Shown here piece after piece: positions 49,667-57,238 of a stretch of DNA of 64,000 bases (its first letter is position 1; each line of letters starts with the position of its first letter). A program made the translations under genes and the position numbers. Under the pieces are notes generated by a model, which saw nothing but the letters and a program-made list of their open reading frames with translations, had not been told where the DNA came from and searched no databases. The stretch comes from Candidatus Peregrinibacteria bacterium (GTDB lineage Bacteria; Patescibacteriota; Gracilibacteria; UBA1369; LOWO2-01-FULL-3): the NCBI GenBank assembly GCA_030688025.1, contig JAUYJL010000009.1:1503-65502 (forward strand), in the 5' to 3' direction.

Positions 49667-50437
49667 ATGACAAACGATCAAACTAAAAAATTCTACGATG
49701 AACTATCGGCTGATTATCATTTGATTTTCGGTAATTGGGATAATGCAATAAAAAGACAATCAAAAATTTTAGATAACATTATCCAAAAATATTCAAAAAA
49801 CGAATCAAAAACGTTATTGGATTGTTCTTGCGGGATAGGAACACAAGCCATTGGATTAGCGAATCTTGGATATAAAGTTCATGCAACAGATTTAAGTCCA
49901 AAAGCAATTGTGAGAGCCAGATTAGAAGCAAACAAAAGGGGTGTTTCAATATCTTTCGATGTTGCCGATTTCAAGAAATTAGAAGATCAAGTTGAAGGAA
50001 CTTTTGATATTGTCATTTCTTGTGATAATTCATTACCACATTTATTAACAGACGAAGAATTGCTTTTGGCTGCAAAAAATATTCTTTCTAAAATGAAATC
50101 CAATAGCTTGTTTATCGCAAGCATCAGAGATTATGACCAACTTTTGGAAGACAAACCAATTAGCACTCAACCAAACGTAAAAGATTTTACAAAGGAAAGA
50201 ACAATTTCTTTTCAAGTGTGGGATTGGGATGAAAATAATGTTTATACTGTTAATCATTTTACTCTGAAAGGAATTAATGAAAAATTTGATACGTTTTTGA
50301 GAACAACTAAATATAGAGCATATAAACGCGATGAAATGTCTAAAATTTTTAAAGAAGCAGGATTTATCGAAATCAAATGGTTAATGCCGAATGAATCAGA
50401 ATACTATCAGCCGATAATAATTGCGTTGAAACCGTAA
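49667..50437 (+). CDS. Cassette 8: class I SAM-dependent methyltransferase (small-molecule type)
   Basis: LLDCSCGIGTQAIGLANLGYKVHATDLS (motif I and the post-I acidic residue). The start is set at ATG 49667 (MTNDQ) rather than GTG 49658. Confidence 0.8.
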   Translation: MTNDQTKKFYDELSADYHLIFGNWDNAIKRQSKILDNIIQKYSKNESKTLLDCSCGIGTQAIGLANLGYKVHATDLSPKAIVRARLEANKRGVSISFDVADFKKLEDQVEGTFDIVISCDNSLPHLLTDEELLLAAKNILSKMKSNSLFIASIRDYDQLLEDKPISTQPNVKDFTKERTISFQVWDWDENNVYTVNHFTLKGINEKFDTFLRTTKYRAYKRDEMSKIFKEAGFIEIKWLMPNESEYYQPIIIALKP

Positions 50438-50449
50438 AGTCTACATCAC

Positions 50450-50591
50450 ATAACACGGTATATGGGGTTCAGAAAATTTCACTCAAAAGATTTAAAAGGA
50501 ATGTGAAATTTTCTTCTCCCAAATTTGCCTCACACTATTGATAAAAATTAAGGAGTTCGGCAAACTTCCCATATACCGAAACGTTGTGCGA
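50450..50591 (+). other. attC 8 (R'' ACATAAC ... R' GTTGTGC)
   Basis: L'' CGGTATATGGG pairs with L' CCCATATACCG. An inner hairpin is GAAAATTTCAC...GTGAAATTTTC. The R'-side spacer is AAAC. Length is 142 bp. Confidence 0.85.
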
Positions 50592-50761
50592 AATATTTTT
50601 CAATATTTTTTCTTTAATAAGGAATTTTTGTTGAAGAATTTAAAAAAGGATGGAATTTTTATTTTAATGAGGGGGATATAATGTATTTTTTGCTCCGTTC
50701 CTCCGCAAAAAATGGATTTAATATTTAATGGAAAATCAGTATAATACCACTGTAAAACACT

Positions 50762-51598
50762 ATGGCTAAAAAAACTCAATCAAAAAGATTAACGAATCAG
50801 CATAAAAAATCTCAAGGTGTAGTCGGTATATTCTGTAACGAAGCAAAGTTACATGATAAAACGGTTTGTAAAATTTCATACCTTGTAATTGAACAACTTA
50901 AAAAGGAACTTCCTCAGTTATCTTTTAGATATAGAACGTGTATAAAAAAGGAAGAAATAAACAAAGCGTTAAAGAAAATTGATCCAGAATTGGGGCAAAC
51001 CCTTTTTGTGCCAAATTCAAGTATTATTCCAGATGGTGGTATAATTGAAGTAAAAGATGATAGTGGTAATTGGAGAGTAGTACTTGTAACAGAAGCTAAA
51101 CATCAAGGAAAAGACATTGAAAATATACAAATAGGAAATCTAGTTGGTAAAAATAACAATCAAGACTTAATGGCTGCTGGCAATGCCATAGAAAGATCGC
51201 ATAAAAACATATCAGAAATTGCCAACTTTATGCTATATGAATCCCATTTCCCCTATATCTTATTCCTGGAAGGATCAAATTTTCTTACTAAAACTATTTC
51301 AATTAAAAGACCTGACGGAAGAGTGGTTACTCTTAATTATAACTCAGGCATGTTAAATAGATTGGATAGATTAACTTGTGCAAATTATGGAATGCCAATT
51401 AACACTAATTTATGTAAAAATAAATTTGTTAAACATAAAGATAAAACGATTATGCTTCAAGCAGCTTCAATTTTTACACAAGGAAATGGAGGAAAGTGGG
51501 ATGTAAAAGAAATGTTTGATATTATGATTGAAATTTCAAAAACCTCTCTTCAAGTATTAGGAAGTGAAATATTTAAACAAATAACCAAGCGAAAATAA
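50762..51598 (+). CDS. Cassette 9: EcoRI-family Type II restriction endonuclease
   Basis: Near-colinear similarity, from memory, to R.EcoRI. This includes PQLSFRYR, IIPDGGIIEVKDD, WRVVLVTEAKHQGKDI (catalytic D...E-A-K), QDLMAAGNAIERSHKNISEIANFM, FLEGSNFLT, YGMPIN and IMLQAASI. Length is 278 aa versus 277 aa for EcoRI. Confidence 0.88.
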   Translation: MAKKTQSKRLTNQHKKSQGVVGIFCNEAKLHDKTVCKISYLVIEQLKKELPQLSFRYRTCIKKEEINKALKKIDPELGQTLFVPNSSIIPDGGIIEVKDDSGNWRVVLVTEAKHQGKDIENIQIGNLVGKNNNQDLMAAGNAIERSHKNISEIANFMLYESHFPYILFLEGSNFLTKTISIKRPDGRVVTLNYNSGMLNRLDRLTCANYGMPINTNLCKNKFVKHKDKTIMLQAASIFTQGNGGKWDVKEMFDIMIEISKTSLQVLGSEIFKQITKRK

Positions 51599-51627
51599 GA
51601 GATTTATTCATTTAACATAATCTGATA

Positions 51628-52683
51628 ATGGCAAGAAATGCAACAAACAAATTATTGCAAAAAGCTAAGGAATCAAAGAGTGATGAGTTTTACACTCAAC
51701 TTTCAGATATAGAAAGTGAATTGCAACACTACAAAGGTCATTTTAAGGACAAAGTGGTTTTTTGTAATTGCGATGACCCTAAAATTAGCAACTTCTTTAA
51801 CTATTTTGCTTCAAACTTCAAAGAGTTGGGATTAAAAAAAATAATAGCTTCTTGTCATAGAAAACAAGAAAGAAATTTATTTAATACTAAAGAATTTGAA
51901 AGTGGTTATTTTTATGAATATTCAGGTGCTCCGGGAGAAAAAATAAACCCAAGTTCAAATGACATGATTCATTTTAAAGGAGATGGCGATTTTCGCAGCA
52001 CTGAAAGCATTGAACTATTAAAACAATCCGATATTATTGTTACTAATCCACCATTTTCGTTATTCAGGGATTTCGTAGGTCAATTGGTAAAATATGATAA
52101 AAAATTTTTGATAATAGGCAACGTTAATGCTATTACCTATAAAGAAATTTTTAAATTAATTAAGAAAAACAAGGCGTGGCTAGGAATAAATCTAGGTAGA
52201 GGTATTTCAGGTTTTATTGTACCAGAACATTACGAGCTTTACGGAACGGAAGCTCGTATCGATAGTCTTGGAAATAGAATAATCTCCCCAAATAACTGTT
52301 TATGGCTAACTAATTTAGACACATCCAAAAGGCACGAAGACATTATTCTTACAAAGAGATATTTTGGAAACGAAATTGATTATCCCCGTTACGATAACTA
52401 TGATGGAATTAATATAGATAAAACAAAAGATATTCCTTTAGATTATGCAGGCGTTATGGGAGTACCAATAACCTTTTTACATAAATACAATTCAGAGCAG
52501 TTTGAAATCATTAAATTTAGAAAAGGAAATGATGAGAAAGATTTGTCAGTAAACGGGAAATGTCCTTATTTTAGAATCTTAATCAGAAATAAACGCATAC
52601 AGAAGACTGGCAGTTGTCATGCAAGAATTGCAACAGATCAATGTCAGGAATATAAAATGATACCAATACAAACTTTATTATGA
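51628..52683 (+). CDS. Cassette 9: EcoRI-family N6-adenine DNA methyltransferase
   Basis: MARNATNKLL..SKSDEFYTQ, CNCDDP, GDGDFRS, IIVTNPPFSLF (motif IV NPPF), YDKKFLIIGNVN, GFIVPEHYELYGTEARID, NNCLWLTNLD, GVMGVPITFLHK and CPYFRILI all follow M.EcoRI as I remember it. There is an extra ~25-aa tail. Confidence 0.88.
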   Translation: MARNATNKLLQKAKESKSDEFYTQLSDIESELQHYKGHFKDKVVFCNCDDPKISNFFNYFASNFKELGLKKIIASCHRKQERNLFNTKEFESGYFYEYSGAPGEKINPSSNDMIHFKGDGDFRSTESIELLKQSDIIVTNPPFSLFRDFVGQLVKYDKKFLIIGNVNAITYKEIFKLIKKNKAWLGINLGRGISGFIVPEHYELYGTEARIDSLGNRIISPNNCLWLTNLDTSKRHEDIILTKRYFGNEIDYPRYDNYDGINIDKTKDIPLDYAGVMGVPITFLHKYNSEQFEIIKFRKGNDEKDLSVNGKCPYFRILIRNKRIQKTGSCHARIATDQCQEYKMIPIQTLL

Positions 52684-54176
52684 TAAAGACAATAACCATC
52701 CAAAATTTTAGAGGTATAAGGGAACTAAAAGATTTTGAACTCAAAAATCTTTCATTGCTTGTTGGTGAAAATGGAACAAGTAAAACCTCTATTTTAGAAG
52801 CGATAAATTTTTGTCTTTCTCCTTATTTTATATCTGGAAGAATTAAACATACAGATTTTTACAAAGGTGAAGATATTGAGATAAAAATTATTTTGGAATT
52901 TGATGAAAATTTCAAAGTCTTTTTGCCTGATGGCTATACCAAACAAGAGGTTGAGTGCAATAAGGTTTGTTTAGAAATAAAAAAAAGAGATAGGGCGACT
53001 CCCAAAAAGGCATTTTCGGACATTGTTGTTGTTTCTCATTATGTTTTACCAAGCAAAGAAAAAGATAATGAAAATGGTTGGGAGATAACACGAGGAACGG
53101 GATCAAAATTTAAATTTGATGAAAGACGGTTGTCTTTTCCTTTGGAGTCAGAAGGGCTACCAAAAAGTTTTTATTTTCCAAAAAACCGAGAAAAACAATT
53201 GCAGAGAGGCTTTAATTCTTCTATTTCTTCAGTTTTTGATGACTTTAATTGGAGATTCAATAAAGAAGTAAGAAAAATTGAAACAGAAGAAAATTTTAGT
53301 GGAGAAAAATTTACATCTCAAAAAAATAATTTTGAATCAAGTATTTTAGAAAAAATTGATGAACAATCACAACAAAAGACATTCCAGACACTAAACGAAA
53401 AACTGGAAAAAGTAGGTTTACCAAAAGCTGATCTTTCACTAATTGATTGCAATGCGCCTTTTGACAATGCTTTTCTTTCTCAAAAATTAGAATGTTTAGA
53501 CTTGCCTATATCTCAACTTGGGTCAGGTGTTGAAATGGTTGTTTCTTTATTGTTTTTAGAAACAATGGCAGAAATTTCAAAAGAAAATATCTTGATTTTA
53601 ATTGATGAACCAGAGCTACACCTACACCCAGATTTACAAAATAATTTTATTGATCACATAGTATCAATTTCTGAAAAAAATCAATTTCTATTTTCTACTC
53701 ACTCCCCACTTTTCGTTAAACAAACATTAAATAATGAAAATGGAAAAATTCAAATTCATTGTTTGGAAAAAGAAAATGGAGAAGTAAAAATTTTAGAATT
53801 AGAAAAAAGAGTTTTGCCGTATGTTTCAGCTAACGAAGTAAATTTTATTGCTTTTGGGTTAGCAACAGAAGAATATCACAATGAACTTTATAATGAGATT
53901 GAAATAAATTTTTGGAATGATCCAGATAATGATTTTAAAACATTGAAACAAAACGGAAGTTATGACAATAATGACTGTCGTCAAATTATTTTTGATAACG
54001 AATTTTTCTCAAAATTTAAACAAGAACAAATAGATAGTCCTTTTAGGACTACTCAAAATAAAGTAACAATCCACACCTACATTAGAAATAGAATTCATCA
54101 CTCTAAAGAAAATGGAGAAAGTCCAACAACACAAGAATTAAAACAATCCATAGAGAAAATGCGAGGATTTCTTTAA
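52680..54176 (+). CDS. Cassette 9: ABC/OLD-like (AAA_15/21-type) ATPase with a non-TOPRIM C-terminal domain
   Basis: Walker A GENGTSKTS, Walker B ILILIDEPELHLHP and H-loop FSTHSP. The ~115-aa C-terminus has no DxD/TOPRIM motif but contains RNRIHH (an Rx4H pattern). The start codon overlaps the methyltransferase stop (ATGA). Confidence 0.75.
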   Translation: MIKTITIQNFRGIRELKDFELKNLSLLVGENGTSKTSILEAINFCLSPYFISGRIKHTDFYKGEDIEIKIILEFDENFKVFLPDGYTKQEVECNKVCLEIKKRDRATPKKAFSDIVVVSHYVLPSKEKDNENGWEITRGTGSKFKFDERRLSFPLESEGLPKSFYFPKNREKQLQRGFNSSISSVFDDFNWRFNKEVRKIETEENFSGEKFTSQKNNFESSILEKIDEQSQQKTFQTLNEKLEKVGLPKADLSLIDCNAPFDNAFLSQKLECLDLPISQLGSGVEMVVSLLFLETMAEISKENILILIDEPELHLHPDLQNNFIDHIVSISEKNQFLFSTHSPLFVKQTLNNENGKIQIHCLEKENGEVKILELEKRVLPYVSANEVNFIAFGLATEEYHNELYNEIEINFWNDPDNDFKTLKQNGSYDNNDCRQIIFDNEFFSKFKQEQIDSPFRTTQNKVTIHTYIRNRIHHSKENGESPTTQELKQSIEKMRGFL

Positions 54177-54182
54177 TAAGGT

Positions 54183-54231
54183 GTTTTTCTTTTTCCAATT
54201 CACCCCTAACCCCTCTTGGAAAAAGAAAAAC
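54183..54231. repeat. Conserved-loop hairpin H3
   Basis: GTTTTTCTTTTTCCAA - TTCACCCCTAACCCCTC - TTGGAAAAAGAAAAAC, a perfect 16-bp stem. Confidence 0.75.
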
Positions 54232-54308
54232 GAAAAATAAAAATTCCAAATAGAAATAAAATTCTTCAACAAAAGAATAAGGAATGAAAAAATATTGAAA
54301 AATACATC

Positions 54309-54435
54309 GCACAACAACTCATATCTGGCTCAAGAAATTGACACATTAATATTTCAAAGGAAAGTCAATTTCTTTCGACCCAAATTTTTGCTTCACTACG
54401 TTTTGCAAAAACTTCAGATATGAGTAACGTTAGCC
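54309..54435 (+). other. attC 9 (R'' GCACAAC ... R' GTTAGCC)
   Basis: L'' CTCATATCTGG pairs with L' CAGATATGAG. An inner hairpin is GAAATTGAC...GTCAATTTC. The R'-side spacer is TAAC. Confidence 0.85.
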
Positions 54436-54662
54436 GAAATACATTTTTACTATTCCCTTTTTGTCGCTCCGCTTTTCGGACTTTTAATAAGGAGGGGCGA
54501 ATTGATTCTTTATTTTTAGAGGGGGGGGCTGTCTGCCTTTGGCAGCCAGTAAGGTATTTTCTTGCTCCCTTCGGTCGCTACGAAAAATTTAGAATTATTT
54601 TAGAAATATTTAATAATTGCATGATATAATCACTACGAAATTTTAAATAAATCAGAATAAAT

Positions 54663-56255
54663 ATGAACACAACAGAACAAAACGAATTATTAAGTATTCA
54701 AGAAGCAAGCACATGGGCTAGCTCATTTTTGAAGCGCGTCGTTACAGAAAGCAACATTTCATATCTAATTCAGTATGGCAGAGTTAGAAAAATTGGAGAA
54801 AATGGCACAACTCAAATAATAAAAGCAGATTTACTTAGATATTACGAAAAAAGTCGCCCTAGTCGTGAAATATCATGGAAAAAAACGCTTGGAGATGACT
54901 TAAACTGGTCTTTATCTTTTGAACAATATAGAGAATCTGAAACCACAAAGCATGTTCATCGGTTACATCCATACAAAGGAAAATACATTCCTCAACTTGT
55001 TGAGTATTTTTTAGACGATCACACGGATAATTTTAAGAAACAAACTTATTTTAAAAAGGGTGACATCATTCTTGATCCATTTTGTGGAAGTGGAACAACG
55101 CTTGTGCAAGCAAATGAATTGGGTATGCACTCAATCGGGATAGATATTTCCGCCTTCAATTCCTTAATTTCAAACATTAAAATTGGAAAACATGACTTTG
55201 AAGAACTCACCCTGGTAATTAAGCAAATTACTAACAACTTGGAAAAAATTTTAAAGGACGCACACGCAATAGATTTTGAATCAGAACTATTAAAAGAGCT
55301 AAATCAATTCAATTCAAAAAATTTCCCCTCTCCGGAATTTAAGTACAAAATACGCCAAGGACAGGTTGATGAAAGAAAATTTGGAAGCGAAAAAGAAAAA
55401 GAATTTCTGAAAATTTACGATACATTGGTCAAAAAGTATGGAATTAAATTAAAACAACAAAAAAATGAAACATTCTTAGATAAATGGTATCTACAAGCAA
55501 TCAGAGATGAAATAAATTTCATGTTTGAGCAAATTAAGCAAATCAAAAATCCAGACATCAAAAAAGTAATAAGTGTTATTTTAAGCCGTACTATCAGATC
55601 TTGCCGTGCAACAACCCATTCAGATTTAGCAACGCTCAAGGAGCCACAAATAACAACTTATTATTGCAAAAAGCACGGGAAAATGTGCAAACCTCTTTTT
55701 TCAATTTTGAGCTGGTGGAAGCGATATGCTCAAGACACAATGTATAGGTTTAAACAATTCGAAAAATTACGAACTGATACAAAACAAATTTGCTTAACAG
55801 GTGATTCAAGAGAAATAGATATTTTTGGAGAACTAGATAACCGTTATCCCGATTTTGCTAAAATCGTAAAAACTCAAAAGATTAAAGGTATTTTTTCTTC
55901 ACCTCCTTATGTTGGATTGATTGATTATCACGAACAACATGCCTACGCCTATGATCTCTTCGGATTTAAGCGCAAAGACGAATCTGAAATAGGCCCGCTT
56001 TTTCGAGGACAAGGATTAGAAGCAAGAAAAAGCTATATTGAAGGGATTTCATCTGTACTGCTAAATTGCAAAAAATTTCTAGCAGATGATTTCTCCATAT
56101 TTTTAGTAGCCAATGATAAATGGGGTATGTATCCTGAAATTGCTAAAAAAGCAGGACTAAAAATTGTTGAAGAATTTAAAAGACCCGTTTTAAACCGTAC
56201 CGAAAAAGACAAAGGAGCGTATTCAGAGATAATTTTTCACTTAAAAAATAATTAA
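54663..56255 (+). CDS. Cassette 10: DNA methyltransferase (N4-C/N6-A amino-methyltransferase, SPPY motif, alpha-like order)
   Basis: ILDPFCGSGTTLVQANELGMHSIGIDIS (motif I) lies about 270 aa before IFSSPPYVGLIDY (motif IV). The N-terminal segment LSIQEASTWAS... looks like a small HTH. Confidence 0.82.
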   Translation: MNTTEQNELLSIQEASTWASSFLKRVVTESNISYLIQYGRVRKIGENGTTQIIKADLLRYYEKSRPSREISWKKTLGDDLNWSLSFEQYRESETTKHVHRLHPYKGKYIPQLVEYFLDDHTDNFKKQTYFKKGDIILDPFCGSGTTLVQANELGMHSIGIDISAFNSLISNIKIGKHDFEELTLVIKQITNNLEKILKDAHAIDFESELLKELNQFNSKNFPSPEFKYKIRQGQVDERKFGSEKEKEFLKIYDTLVKKYGIKLKQQKNETFLDKWYLQAIRDEINFMFEQIKQIKNPDIKKVISVILSRTIRSCRATTHSDLATLKEPQITTYYCKKHGKMCKPLFSILSWWKRYAQDTMYRFKQFEKLRTDTKQICLTGDSREIDIFGELDNRYPDFAKIVKTQKIKGIFSSPPYVGLIDYHEQHAYAYDLFGFKRKDESEIGPLFRGQGLEARKSYIEGISSVLLNCKKFLADDFSIFLVANDKWGMYPEIAKKAGLKIVEEFKRPVLNRTEKDKGAYSEIIFHLKNN

Positions 56256-56256
56256 T

Positions 56257-57054
56257 ATGGCACTATCAAAAGATTTACAACAGAAGGTTTATGAATTTCT
56301 AAAGGGGAAAATCCTTAAAAAAATTGATGAATACAACTTGAGCGATGAAGACTCATCAAAACCTTTTCAATATGCTCTTTTTACAAAAAAGGGTTACTTG
56401 GCTAAAGGATTTATTCATGGATGTGAAACAGCACTTGGAAATTGGCACGAAACCATAGCGAAAATTATTGCCACTGAAAATTTTGCAACTGCAAATAAAT
56501 TACAAGGACAAAACAAATTAAAAGGTAAAATCACAAGAGAGGCACAAAGAACATCTGAAAATATTTTAAGTGATCTTGATAGCGTTAAGAGAGAACCAAA
56601 TCACAAGTCAGAGTCAGAAGAAATTTTTAATGCTAGCCAAAACCTCGAACAAACAGAGGACAGAATACAAACTGTTGATCTCTACCTAGAAACAAAAGAC
56701 GGTGAAGAAATTTATTTTGAAATAAAGGGACCTAAGCCAAATAAAAACGAAATGAGAGCAGCAAAAAGAGATTTGCTAGAAATATATGCAATGAGATCAG
56801 CGGAAGGCAAGAAAGTAAAAATTTATTTAGGCATGTACTACAACCCATATTATCCCGAAGAGTACCAAAGATGGACATGTATAAAATTCTTTGATAAAGG
56901 TAATGACTTTCTTATTGGCAAAGACTTTTGGGACTTTTTAGGCGGAAACGGAGCTTATGAGGAATTAATTGATATTTATGAAAAAGTCGGAGAAAAAATA
57001 AGACCAGTGCTAGATCAAAAGTTCAAGGACATTGCAAAAAATCAAGAAGAATAA
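56257..57054 (+). CDS. Cassette 10: PD-(D/E)xK Type II restriction endonuclease (family uncertain, possibly TdeIII-like)
   Basis: VDLYLETKDGEEIYFEIKGPKPN fits D-Xn-E-X-K. The gene starts 2 nt after the methyltransferase stop. The family name is only a recollection. Confidence 0.6.
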   Translation: MALSKDLQQKVYEFLKGKILKKIDEYNLSDEDSSKPFQYALFTKKGYLAKGFIHGCETALGNWHETIAKIIATENFATANKLQGQNKLKGKITREAQRTSENILSDLDSVKREPNHKSESEEIFNASQNLEQTEDRIQTVDLYLETKDGEEIYFEIKGPKPNKNEMRAAKRDLLEIYAMRSAEGKKVKIYLGMYYNPYYPEEYQRWTCIKFFDKGNDFLIGKDFWDFLGGNGAYEELIDIYEKVGEKIRPVLDQKFKDIAKNQEE

Positions 57055-57057
57055 AGT

Positions 57058-57106
57058 GTTTTGGCTCGGGCAATTCACCCCCGGCCCCTCTTGCCCTCGC
57101 CAAAAC
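57058..57106. repeat. Conserved-loop hairpin H4
   Basis: GTTTTGGCTCGGGCAA - TTCACCCCCGGCCCCTC - TTGCCCTCGCCAAAAC, with 14/16 stem pairs. Confidence 0.7.
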
Positions 57107-57238
57107 AGAATCAATTCGCCCCTTATAAATAAGTGAAAAGCGGTCGTGACATCGGGAATAGTAAAAATGTACTTCGTTCGGTCGCTACGCTCCCTCCGAC
57201 CACGCTGCGCTCTCGCTCCACTGCGTTACGCTCGGGTC

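Noticed and set aside
49325-57106. The GTTTT...AAAAC hairpins considered as CRISPR repeats
   Set aside because: There are only 4-5 copies and they lie kilobases apart, apart from one tandem pair. There are no regular spacers, the stems differ between copies, and no cas genes are in the window.
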